In this document: piece by piece, positions 17,841 to 28,200 of the stretch | Position numbering within the stretch: the stretch's first letter is position 1 | Layout: each line of letters opens with the position of its first letter | Assembly (NCBI GenBank): GCA_035354195.1 | Contig: DAOQAT010000001.1 | Span: 79,674 to 143,673, forward strand | Direction: 5' to 3' | Origin: Bacteroidales bacterium | Lineage (GTDB): Bacteria; Bacteroidota; Bacteroidia; Bacteroidales; CAIWKO01 | Length of the DNA stretch: 64,000 nucleotides | Notes under the pieces: model-generated | Databases searched by the model: none | Told to the model about the DNA's origin: nothing | What the model saw: only the letters and a program-made list of their open reading frames with translations | Position numbers and translations under genes: made by a program

Positions 17841-18521
17841 ATGGATTCCTCCAAAGAATTTCGCAACTATGCCTTAAAGCATTTGGGCATTTCGAGCTCG
17901 CAACTTGACAAATACAGCACAACGCAGGATATGACACGGACGATCATCGAAGAACGCCAGGTCAATTTCCGCGAAGTAGATGTGTTTTCGAGGCTTATGA
18001 TGGACCGTATTATTTTTCTAGGCACACCGATCGATGATTATGTTGCCAACATCATCCAGGCACAGCTCCTGTTTCTGGAATCAGCAGATGCCAAAAAAGA
18101 CATCCAGATATACATCAATTCACCCGGAGGTTCCGTGTATGCCGGGCTTGGCATTTATGACACCATGCAGTATATTTCGTCGGATATAGCCACCATATGC
18201 ACGGGAATGGCTGCCTCCATGGCTGCTGTCCTGTTATGTGCAGGCGCCAACGGAAAACGCACCGCTTTGAAACATTCGCGCATCCTTATTCACCAGCCTA
18301 TGGGCGGCGCCGAAGGCCAGGCTTCAGACATTGAAATTACGGCACGTGAAATCCAAAAACTGAAAAAGGAACTGTACGAAATCATTGCCTCGCATTCAGG
18401 ACAGACGTATCAGAAAATCTGGAAAGATGCCGACCGCGACTACTGGATGACTGCCGATGAAGCGCAGAAATACGGCATGATCGACGAGGTGCTTTACAAC
18501 AAAAGTAAAAACGGAAAATGA
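17841..18521 (+). CDS. clpP: ATP-dependent Clp protease proteolytic subunit
   Basis: [32 protein letters not shown]. Confidence 0.97.
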   Translation: MDSSKEFRNYALKHLGISSSQLDKYSTTQDMTRTIIEERQVNFREVDVFSRLMMDRIIFLGTPIDDYVANIIQAQLLFLESADAKKDIQIYINSPGGSVYAGLGIYDTMQYISSDIATICTGMAASMAAVLLCAGANGKRTALKHSRILIHQPMGGAEGQASDIEITAREIQKLKKELYEIIASHSGQTYQKIWKDADRDYWMTADEAQKYGMIDEVLYNKSKNGK

Positions 18522-19762
18522 TGCCTAAGGACTTTGAAAAATGCTCTTTTTGCGGAAAGAAACGCGCTGAGGTGAACCTCCTCATCGCAGGCCTTGACGC
18601 GCATATCTGCGACAGCTGTGTGGAACAGGCACAACTGATCCTGAATGAAGAGTTTGATATCCGCAAAAAAAGCAATGCTCCTAAAAAGTTTGAACTCCCT
18701 AAACCTGCTGAAATAAAACATCACCTCGACCAATACGTCATCGGACAGGATGATGCCAAAAAAGTATTGTCTGTTGCGGTATACAACCATTACAAAAGGA
18801 TCAGCCAGGCAGGCAATAAAAAATCTGCCGACGAAGTAGAAATCGAAAAATCCAATATCATCCTTGTGGGGGAAACCGGTACGGGAAAAACCCTTCTGGC
18901 CCGGACCATTGCAAAAATGCTGCACGTACCGTTCTGTATTGCCGATGCTACTGTGCTCACCGAAGCCGGTTATGTGGGCGAGGATGTGGAGAGTGTGCTG
19001 ACACGCCTGCTACAGGTTTCCGATTATAATGTGGAAGAAGCCGAAAAAGGTATCGTCTTTATTGATGAAATAGATAAGATTGCCCGCAAGAGTGATAACC
19101 CCTCCATCACCCGCGATGTTTCCGGCGAAGGCGTTCAGCAGGCCATGCTTAAACTGCTCGAAGGCTCTGTGGTGAATGTGGCCCCGCAGGGCGGGCGAAA
19201 ACATCCCGAACAGCGCATGATACAGGTCAACACCGAAAATATCCTTTTTATCTGCGGTGGCGCTTTCGACGGCATCGAAAATAAAATCGGTTCCAGGCTG
19301 ATGACCAGTATGATCGGTTACAACACGGGTTCGAAACGTCAGAAAATCGATAAAGAAAACCTGATGCAGTACGTTGCGCCACAGGACCTGAAAAGCTATG
19401 GGCTCATTCCCGAACTGGTCGGCAGGCTGCCCATCATCAGCCACCTGAACCCGCTCAATAAAGAAACACTGAAACGCATACTTACCGAACCGAAAAATGC
19501 CCTTACCAAACAATATGTAAAACTGTTTGAAATGGATGGCATCAAGCTTACCTATGATGATTCGGTCCTCGACCTGATCGTGGAAAAATCCATCGAGTTC
19601 AAGCTCGGCGCCCGCGGCCTCCGGTCGATCTTTGAACTTATCATGACCGACGCCATGTTCGAAATGCCTTCCAGGAACGATACCAGCGACCTCCATATCA
19701 CCAGGAAATTTGCCGAAGAGAAGATCAACAAAATAGACCGTTCGATGTTGCTGGTGGCCTGA
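18518..19762 (+). CDS. clpX: ATP-dependent Clp protease ATP-binding subunit
   Basis: CSFCG zinc finger, GETGTGKT Walker [21 protein letters not shown]. Confidence 0.97.
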   Translation: MMPKDFEKCSFCGKKRAEVNLLIAGLDAHICDSCVEQAQLILNEEFDIRKKSNAPKKFELPKPAEIKHHLDQYVIGQDDAKKVLSVAVYNHYKRISQAGNKKSADEVEIEKSNIILVGETGTGKTLLARTIAKMLHVPFCIADATVLTEAGYVGEDVESVLTRLLQVSDYNVEEAEKGIVFIDEIDKIARKSDNPSITRDVSGEGVQQAMLKLLEGSVVNVAPQGGRKHPEQRMIQVNTENILFICGGAFDGIENKIGSRLMTSMIGYNTGSKRQKIDKENLMQYVAPQDLKSYGLIPELVGRLPIISHLNPLNKETLKRILTEPKNALTKQYVKLFEMDGIKLTYDDSVLDLIVEKSIEFKLGARGLRSIFELIMTDAMFEMPSRNDTSDLHITRKFAEEKINKIDRSMLLVA

Positions 19763-19781
19763 TGCATTATTAATCAGCCTT

Positions 19782-20432
19782 ATGAAAACTTTTGTTCAAA
19801 CTCCAAAAACAGTATTCCTGATTTTACTGATCCCGGTGTTACTCTTTTCGTGCAACAAAACCCGTAAGGAGTATTATCCCGACGGTGTGCTAAAATCGGA
19901 ACTTACCTATCGCAACGATAACCTGAACGGCCTGCAAACATGGTACTATTCGAATTCAAACAAACAAATGGAATGCACTTACGTGGACGGCCTGATCGAA
20001 GGTAAAATGACGCGCTGGACCTTTGAAGGCGCGCTTGAGCGGGAAGAATATTATACTCACAACCTTCGCAATGGCAAAAGCATAGCTTATTTCGCTAACG
20101 GCGCCGTCTTTACCGAAGAAAATTATACCAATGATACCCTGAACGGGCCGTATTACGAATACCATCCGAATGGAATTAAAAAAGTTTCCGGAACTTTCAC
20201 AAAGGGACTCTATCAGGGGAAGTGGGAATATTTCGATGATAAAGGTATTAAGGTGGGAGCAGGGAATTTTGATAAGGGGGCCGGCGTGTTATACGGATAT
20301 TACTGGAACGGGAAGTTGAAACGTGAAGTACCTTACACACTGAACCAGAAAAATGGCACCGAGGTGTGGTACCGCGAAGATGGCACTGTTGAGCGGAAGG
20401 TTTTGTTTGAAAATGGGAGGGTTGTTGGATAG
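19782..20432 (+). CDS. MORN-variant repeat lipoprotein (YwqK-like)
   Basis: FSC lipobox and repeated G....YY.NG units. Confidence 0.8.
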   Translation: MKTFVQTPKTVFLILLIPVLLFSCNKTRKEYYPDGVLKSELTYRNDNLNGLQTWYYSNSNKQMECTYVDGLIEGKMTRWTFEGALEREEYYTHNLRNGKSIAYFANGAVFTEENYTNDTLNGPYYEYHPNGIKKVSGTFTKGLYQGKWEYFDDKGIKVGAGNFDKGAGVLYGYYWNGKLKREVPYTLNQKNGTEVWYREDGTVERKVLFENGRVVG

Positions 20433-20501
20433 CCAATAGCCAATAGCCATTAGCTAATAGCCATGGGACTAAATAATGGCTCGTGGCTCATGGCCGGTGG
20501 C
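20430..20501. repeat. inverted heptamer array (TAGCCAA-like then TGGCTCA-like)
   Basis: Five TAGCYAW units followed by four complementary TGGC units. Confidence 0.75.
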
Positions 20502-20532
20502 AAAAAGGAATTGTAATTAACACCAAAAAGTT

Positions 20533-21063
20533 ATGATTACAGAAAACGAAATTAAGAATGAGGAGATCCGCGACGCCGCACAGAAGATGCTGGTGGCCGC
20601 GCGCACGGCGCCCAAGGGAAGGGGAGTTGACAACCTGATGGTGGCCATTGCCGAAAAAGATGATATACAGCTTATTTCCGATAAAATGAAAGAGATCGGT
20701 GTCAGGTCCGGTGCTGCTTTTTTTCTGCGTGATGCAGACAATATCCTGCTGGCGCCTTATATGCTGCTGCTTGCTGCCCGGATTAGCCCGATGAACCTGC
20801 CCGACTGCGGTTTATGCGGTTTTGAAAATTGTATTGAAAAAAATAATTTTCCCCAAACCCCTTGTGTAATCAATATCACCGACCTTGGCATTGCCATCGG
20901 TTCGGCTGTCAGTGTGGCTGCCGACCACCGGGTGGATAACCGCGTGATGTTTACAGTAGGCATCGCCGTGAAGGAACTCGGCCTGCTGGGCCCTGAATCC
21001 GCTGTGATTTATGGAATCCCGCTTTCTGCTTCTTCCAAAAACCCTTTTTTTGACAGGAAATAG
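20533..21063 (+). CDS. DUF2148-type ferredoxin-domain protein
   Basis: AARTAPKGRG, CGLCGFENC, DLGIAIGSA, DNRVMFTVG, KNPFFDR. Confidence 0.8.
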   Translation: MITENEIKNEEIRDAAQKMLVAARTAPKGRGVDNLMVAIAEKDDIQLISDKMKEIGVRSGAAFFLRDADNILLAPYMLLLAARISPMNLPDCGLCGFENCIEKNNFPQTPCVINITDLGIAIGSAVSVAADHRVDNRVMFTVGIAVKELGLLGPESAVIYGIPLSASSKNPFFDRK

Positions 21064-21090
21064 CTGAAAAAAATCGAGCTATTATCAAAG

Positions 21091-21109
21091 CATGCTGAAA
21101 AACAGCATG
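21091..21109. terminator. hairpin between convergent genes
   Basis: CATGCTG-AAAAA-CAGCATG. Confidence 0.45.
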
Positions 21110-21147
21110 ACAAAACCAATAAGCCCGGTTGCTTGAATACTATCAGC

Positions 21148-23232
21148 TTACTGTTTGATTATTTTTTCGATATATGATTTGTTCCCGGAGAAAATTCTGG
21201 CAATATAAACGCCGGAGGGTTGTTCCGAAAGATCAATGGTAGATTTTTCGCTGGTAAGTTTCGCCTGATACACTTTTTTGCCAAGTATATTAAAGATTTC
21301 CAGTCTGTTGTCCGAACTCAACAGCGATTCCATTTCAATAAAGAACTTACCCCCGCAAGGATTAGGATAAATAACCAGCTTGTGATCATTGCCCTGTTCG
21401 TTAACCGAATAGACACCGCCACTGAATAAAATTCCCCAGCTGTTCAGCACCCCGGTGTTACCATTGGCCAGGTCGGTAATTTTGATTTTCCAGACTCCCT
21501 GGCTGTTCTTGCCGTTGAAAACACTAAAGTTATCATAACTGCCTGTTATGGGCGCGTTATCAACATATGCATTACTCATCGGTTCATAAGCCTGGCCGGT
21601 GAATATGCAGGTTATTTCTTTCGATGGAATGGAAACCTGATCGACCAAAACTACAGAATCGTTTTCGGGTCCAATAAGTTCAATCTTCAGGTCGTGAGTG
21701 TATTCGTGATTAAGAGAAACAAAAACTTCCATTTTATCCGATTCGATCGCAATGCTTTGGTTGACCATCATGGTATCGTATGTATATCCGGCTGTGCCTG
21801 CAGACGGTATAGCTGAAAACGGGTGTTTCATGCTTAGGCTGTCGAGCAGTGATTCGTGTTGGTACCCCAGATGAAACATCGGGGAATAGGTCTCATAAGC
21901 ATAAGAAAAGCGACAACCATAATTTCTTAACAGGCTGCCATCCCTGGTGCCTGAGTACATAGTTCCGTCAAAATTATAGGCTACCGTAATGTTAGGAGGG
22001 TCCGGTTTGTTGAGATTCAGGATGGGAGTGTGCAGGTATCGTTGTATTTCAGCCTGTGTCTTAGAATAGTTTGAGATGCGGACTTCATCAATATAACCGC
22101 TAAAGAAATTAGTGGCGGAACTATTGGTTCCTATTCTTAGCTTTCCCGTATTAACAACCAGTTGATTATAATTATAGCCAGCATCCTCTGTCCCGTTAAT
22201 GTAAATATATGCTGCCTGAGAACCGGCACTGGGAGTGCCGCAGATCACGGCAACATGATACCATTTATTTGCAGTAAGTACCACGTTTGAGGTGCCAATA
22301 TTGCCTCCCATTGACCACGAAATTTCACCCGTGTTCTCCAGTGTCATTTTATAGCCTCCGCCGCCCTGGGTCAGATCCACTATGGGTTGTACTGTTCCTA
22401 TTGATAAAGGATAAATCCATGCCTCCACGGTCATGGGGCCAATCAATGAAATATCCGGGTCGTTTGAAGTGCTGGCTTCCAGGTAGGAAGATCCCGTGAA
22501 ATAAACGCTGTTGTTATGTAATACGGTTTTTGAAGGTTTATTGCCCAATACATCGCCAACAATACTTCCGGTTGCACCCCCATAAGGTAGATAAAATCCG
22601 GGGCTGTATACATCAAATTCATACGTTTGGCAATAGATCAGGTCGCTGTCATAGTAGGAATATGTATACCAGCTCACGTGTGTTCTGTAATTGTTCTGGA
22701 TTTCCGTTGCCGTACGCACAGTTTTCCATATCCTGACTTCATCCAGTTCGCCTTGCAGCGTATCCACATAAGCATTGGCACCGGTAATCAGGGTGTCTGT
22801 GGTGGCAGCGAAAGCTCCGGAAAACGTTGATAATGTATTGTCCAAACTACCGTTGAGATATATTTTAATGGCGTTGCCGGCATCGCTGAATGTAACAGCC
22901 ACATGGGTCCATTGACCTGAATCAATCGTGGCAGTTGAATATAAAAGAGTAGCTCCGTTAACTTGAACACGTATTTGCCCCCCATCCGTCATTAACCTGA
23001 ATTGGTCTTTTCCAATGATCGCATATTTTGAGTTGTTTTGTGCCGGGTTGATCCAAAATTCCACGGTCATCTCGCCTGATGCGCTGTTAAGAGAGCCGGC
23101 CATTTCTTTAATACAAGACTTGCCATCAAAAACAGCCGCGGTATTCCAGCTATGTTGTGCCATGGCCCGATAAGTTCCGGATACAAACGTAATGCCGGTC
23201 AGCAATAAAAATGTAAGTAATAATTTTTTCAT
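21148..23232 (-). CDS. T9SS substrate with two LamG/ConA domains and a proprotein-convertase P domain
   Basis: TVEFWI..W.HVA..Y.NG..G.LDEVRIW pattern twice; DLKIEL.GP...G.W.I.I.D...G.LNSW; IYPNP...GVY CTD. Confidence 0.8.
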   Translation of the reverse strand: MKKLLLTFLLLTGITFVSGTYRAMAQHSWNTAAVFDGKSCIKEMAGSLNSASGEMTVEFWINPAQNNSKYAIIGKDQFRLMTDGGQIRVQVNGATLLYSTATIDSGQWTHVAVTFSDAGNAIKIYLNGSLDNTLSTFSGAFAATTDTLITGANAYVDTLQGELDEVRIWKTVRTATEIQNNYRTHVSWYTYSYYDSDLIYCQTYEFDVYSPGFYLPYGGATGSIVGDVLGNKPSKTVLHNNSVYFTGSSYLEASTSNDPDISLIGPMTVEAWIYPLSIGTVQPIVDLTQGGGGYKMTLENTGEISWSMGGNIGTSNVVLTANKWYHVAVICGTPSAGSQAAYIYINGTEDAGYNYNQLVVNTGKLRIGTNSSATNFFSGYIDEVRISNYSKTQAEIQRYLHTPILNLNKPDPPNITVAYNFDGTMYSGTRDGSLLRNYGCRFSYAYETYSPMFHLGYQHESLLDSLSMKHPFSAIPSAGTAGYTYDTMMVNQSIAIESDKMEVFVSLNHEYTHDLKIELIGPENDSVVLVDQVSIPSKEITCIFTGQAYEPMSNAYVDNAPITGSYDNFSVFNGKNSQGVWKIKITDLANGNTGVLNSWGILFSGGVYSVNEQGNDHKLVIYPNPCGGKFFIEMESLLSSDNRLEIFNILGKKVYQAKLTSEKSTIDLSEQPSGVYIARIFSGNKSYIEKIIKQ

Positions 23233-23501
23233 GATATAATTTCTTTGATTAGTTTGTTAATGCAAAATTACATAATTCAGGAGCTGGAATCAATAAAATG
23301 TTAAAAAATATGAATTATGAAATTGTATAACACAAAGAATTTTTTTTTAAGAACATCGTTTCATTAAATATATTTAAACCTTTACACTGAAGATAAACCC
23401 CATTTTTTAGGGTTTTTAATACATAAAAGGGTAATGGCAACAGGCGTAGCGGGATAATTAAAGAAATGTCCATTATTGTATGGCGCCTTCGCAAACAATC
23501 C

Positions 23502-24980
23502 TTATTTAACAATCATTATTTTTTTTGAAAAAGATTGTTTATCCGCCTTTAGAGTGTAATAATATATACCACCAGGGATATCATCAATTGGAAATGTTAC
23601 ATGATATTGTCCTGCTTCAAGGTGCTGGTCCAAAAGCAATTTAACCCGCTTACCTAAATTATCATATACTTCAAGCCTGACTTTACTTTTTTTTACGATC
23701 ACAAAAAAGATGTTAGTAACATCCTTAACCGGATTGGGAAAGGCATCAAATAGCTCATTATGATCCTGATTTAACGGATTATATTCTATGACAGAAGCAT
23801 ATACCCCATGCGGACCCGGGCCAACAGGGTTCACACCATGACATACCACACATTTATTTAAAGTACCCGCATAACCCTGCAAAGTAACATTCTGCAAATT
23901 GTCGTTAGCATTATTGGTCGGCAATATTGCATGAGGAGAACCATGACAGGCACTGCAATATAAATCGGAATGCCCTTTAGAATTTCTGAATAATTTCCCT
24001 GGTTCAGCGCCATGTTGAGGCCCGTGACATGCTACGGCCCCACAATCAGGTTCCTGTAGCCAGTCCTGCCTGCCGTTTTCGATAGTTTGCCCGACTGTGG
24101 TCACATTCCCGTGGCAATCCTGGCAAATCATACCACGCGTAAACATGATATCTCTGAAACATTGTGTGTTTGGCCCCGGGTGGCATTTATAACAATCATT
24201 CGTCAGTTCTCCGTGTTTTAGATGCATTGCCTGCGAAAATGGCGGTGTTCCAATTGTGCCCGGTTTGCCGAGGGCATTGTCTCGATGGCAGTTTGCACAA
24301 AGTATGGGCCTCACATTAGGGTCAAAACCGGGGAGTTGTTCATGTGAGTTAAGAATGTTTTGTTCGCTGCTGTGGCAACCACTACTGATACAATTCAATT
24401 CATTGGACACAGGAATTACCGATTGTGTTTGAGCCAGAAAAGTACTGCTTGAATTGTATACTTTTATTATTGTAAGCTGGTATGGATGTTCATTTATTAA
24501 ATCATTATCCGGATATGGCGTAATTGGAATCCCTTCAATGTGAAAATAATTTCCTGTCGTGTCAAGGTTTCCGGCCAGGCCCACTCCGGTAAGTCCTATA
24601 TTGTCAGCCAGCGAAACACCAAAAAGTGCATTGGCATAAGTCCAGAAATCTGTTTTTCCGACGGAGTATGTGTTACCGGGTATTTCATAAGTAACATTGT
24701 AATCACCAGTTACGATCATTGGTAAATTAGTACCATTGCCCACTTTGATTACCTGTGCATGTTGATTGTTGTATGGTGGTAAAACGCAAAAATTATTAAA
24801 ATTTTTATTAGCACAATGCATTCCCAGGTCATTCCAGGCAATAACAATGAATGTGTCACTTTTTGGTGTTGGGTTTTTCATAAACTCGTTAAAGGTTTTT
24901 ACTTTTCCCGGGCCGTAAAAAGAAGAAAAAATTATTACAATAATCAAGGTTGAAAAAGTAAGAAGTAAAATCTTTTTCAT
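23502..24980 (-). CDS. multiheme c-type cytochrome with T9SS type A CTD
   Basis: Five CxxCH and two Cx4CH motifs, N-terminal export signal, FPNP...GIYYY...KKIMIVK C-terminus. Confidence 0.8.
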   Translation of the reverse strand: MKKILLLTFSTLIIVIIFSSFYGPGKVKTFNEFMKNPTPKSDTFIVIAWNDLGMHCANKNFNNFCVLPPYNNQHAQVIKVGNGTNLPMIVTGDYNVTYEIPGNTYSVGKTDFWTYANALFGVSLADNIGLTGVGLAGNLDTTGNYFHIEGIPITPYPDNDLINEHPYQLTIIKVYNSSSTFLAQTQSVIPVSNELNCISSGCHSSEQNILNSHEQLPGFDPNVRPILCANCHRDNALGKPGTIGTPPFSQAMHLKHGELTNDCYKCHPGPNTQCFRDIMFTRGMICQDCHGNVTTVGQTIENGRQDWLQEPDCGAVACHGPQHGAEPGKLFRNSKGHSDLYCSACHGSPHAILPTNNANDNLQNVTLQGYAGTLNKCVVCHGVNPVGPGPHGVYASVIEYNPLNQDHNELFDAFPNPVKDVTNIFFVIVKKSKVRLEVYDNLGKRVKLLLDQHLEAGQYHVTFPIDDIPGGIYYYTLKADKQSFSKKIMIVK

Positions 24981-25277
24981 AATTTTAGGTTTAATTATCA
25001 GAAAATCTGTAAATTATTATGTAAATATACGATAAAAAACCTTCCATTGCAAATTTATTAATCCTGGCGAACGCGGAATTGAATTCCATGTCATTTCTGT
25101 TTTAAATAATCGATTTTCGCTCTTAATGCATCCAGGTCAAAATGCCGAGCATTATACCTATTTGTATTCCCTTCGGGCAGGCTTCTGATTTGTAAAACTT
25201 TAGTATAAAAAAATGAGTGGAATACGCTCTTTCTTTTTACCCGGGAAAGACACTAACCTGTATCCTTAGTGCTGCAA

Positions 25278-28200
25278 TTAGATTACTGCTTCGCTCATAA
25301 CGGGTGCTTCTGTTATAACTTGTTTTTTTCCGGCTTCAGGGAATTCCTGAATCTTGCCGGATGAACCCCGTCCGTTCTTTTCAAACTCTTTAACCTGATG
25401 TGCAAACGCCTGCAGGCGGGTTTCCTGGGTCACCGTGTCTTGGCCGTCGTACGCCATATTGATGAGCGGGATGTTGTTGTTGTCGCGGCGGTACATTTCC
25501 GAAACCGCGGTGACCAGGGTGCCTGGCATACAGGTGAAGGGGAGGATGTTCGCAACACCCGAAATACCTTTCTTCGCCAGGGTTGCAATGGTGCCGAGGG
25601 CCATCGGTGGGTCACCGTCGTAATCCTTATGCACGTATGGATTGCAGTTGGTCAGGATGGCCTTCAGCTCGAGGTCTTTGTCGTGATCCACATACCGGTT
25701 CAGGCCCCGGAGAACGATGCTTCGGAGCACGTGTTGGAAAAAGCCCTGCCGTTTGGATTTCCGCACGCGCTTTTTATCACCTTTCCAACGGCTGTCGCGT
25801 GTGTAGCGATAGGTAGAGTATTCGATCCACTCCGAGAACGGAGAGATCAAGGTTTCCAACCCAAGGGCTTCCAGTTTTTGGACCAGGAAATTACTGCAGA
25901 ACGCATTATCGCGCATATAGATCTCTCCGACGACCGCTACGACCGGCCTTCGCTTTGTGCGGTCCTTAGGCATTTTTTCAAAGTCCAGCGCCGTCAATTT
26001 CAGTGCTTTGTTCAGGCTGAGCTTGCCAAACTCAATGCTGTCCTCAACCCGTTTTACGCCTTCGCGATAAATGCGTTCCGACTCGCCCTTGTTGATCTCG
26101 TAGGGCCTGTTTTCCTGAAGTAACTTGCGCAGGTAATCGATGGCGACAAACCCGCGCCAGGCATTATAACGGAACTTGACGCCGTGTCCGCCGGAAAGCC
26201 CTTCATACGAAGAGTCATTGGAAGGTGTGATGAACTCCACATCTTCGTATCCGAGACGGTCAAAGATGACCCGTTGGAATTGATTGTACTGCCCGAACCG
26301 GCATGGGCCGTTATGGTCGGGCATAAAGAAACTGACCTTCTTTGGGTCAATCCCGGGCTCCATCAGTTTGCGCAGGAAGTTTCCGGTGGTGCAGATCATC
26401 GGGAAACACTCACGTGAGGAAGTATACTTGCGGCCGATCTCCAGATCGCGTTCATCCTGCATCGGCAGCATATAGGACTCCACGCCGCAGCGACGTGCGG
26501 CGGCAGAGATGGCGTATCCCGCATCGTTGGTATACGGGAAATATAAAATGCGGTCTTTCGATGGTGACTCCGGGCTCTTCCGGGGGCGCAGCACCTTTAC
26601 CTCTTTTTTGCTGCGCTGACCGGCCCCGCGCAGACTGTCGATGAAGGCTTCAATGCGTGTGATCATGCCGGCGTCGGCCGAATGTTCGTCTACTTCCAAA
26701 TGCAGGTACGGTTTCCCTTTGAGTTCTTCGTTCACGTAATGCACCAGGAAGGAATCGGGCCCGCAACGGAAGTTGCTCAGGTATACGGCGTGCAAACGGG
26801 GATCTTCTGCCACCATACGGGCAGCAGCCACGATCTTTTGTCCGTTGGGCCAGCACATATTGCGATAGGTTTCAAACACCTTGCGGACCGGCAGGTCCAA
26901 AACATCCAGGGGGATCGGCATCAGGTTCTGGTTGATCAACTTCTCGATCAATCCCAGATTCAGAAAAGGATCTCCGCAGTTGTATGGCTTTCCGAGAATG
27001 ACAACGGGGTGTACACCTTCCGGGACATTGGCCAGGACATCGCGTCCATAGTCCTTAAGCGCTTTCTCAACCTTCTTTTGTACGAGTTCTGCCTTGCGCA
27101 GCGCAGATTTGACAAAGTCAGGCGAAAACCTGAATTGTTCACCGAAGTAGGCCGCCGCCTCTTCCAGTAGTACCCGGTCGAAGTAACGGAAGTGGAAGGT
27201 GGGGATCAGCAGGCGCCTGGTGTCGAACTTCCCGCTGAGGGCAGCACGCACCATAAAAGGAGTGCTTTGTACCCAGGGGCAATGGTAGTTCACTGTGGGC
27301 ATATCTTGGTCCGTCCAGGCATTCACAATAAACGGAATGAAAATGTAATCGACATTCTGACTGATGAGGCCTTCCACGTGGCCGTGCATCAATTCTACCG
27401 GAAGACAGGTTTCGGTGATGATGCTTTCCAGTGAATGCGTCACCAGTTTCTTATCCGATTCACGCGAGACCACGACATCAAATCCCATTTCCTCAAAAGC
27501 TGTGCGCCAGAATGGGAACTGTTCGTAGAACACCATCAAGGCGCGTGGAATGCCGATGGTCTTTTTCCCGGTGCGTTTGGCAGAATCGTACCCGTTGAGC
27601 ATGATCTCCGACACTTTCCTGAAATGGCCGGGGATGTTTTTATTGTGAACCTTGCGTGTGTCCTTCTCGTACTTCTCGCAGCGCCCGCCGTAAAACAAAG
27701 GCTTGGGATCGCCTTCGATCTTCACCTGGCGGATCTCGCATTGATTGGCACAGGCCTGGCAGGTGAACAGCCCGATCTTGTAACTGGCCTCGCTGATGCT
27801 CCAACCCTTGAATTCGGTTTTCTGTCCGGGCTTCATCGCACGCTTTGCTGCAATGGCAGCGCCAATGGCGCCAGTGACATCAAAGTGCGGCGGTACGGTG
27901 ATGGGTTTGCCCGTCACCTGGCTGAATGCAGCCACCACGGCCTTATTATTCGTAACACCACCCTGGAAAAAGATCTTGTTCCCGATACGGCGGTTGCCAA
28001 CCAACTTCTGCAAGTAGTTATACACAATGGCGTAGGCCAAACCGCCTACCAGGTCTTCATTCTTGACGCCTTTCTGCATATGTGAATTCAGGTCCGACTC
28101 CATGAATACCGTGCAGCGGTCACCCATCTTTACCGGGTTTTCGGACTTGAGTGCCAGTTCCCCAAATTCGTTAATGATGTTGATACCCAGTTTTTCGGCT

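Noticed and set aside
19782..20432. Toxin-antitoxin module
   Set aside because: MORN-variant lipoprotein with no adjacent toxin gene
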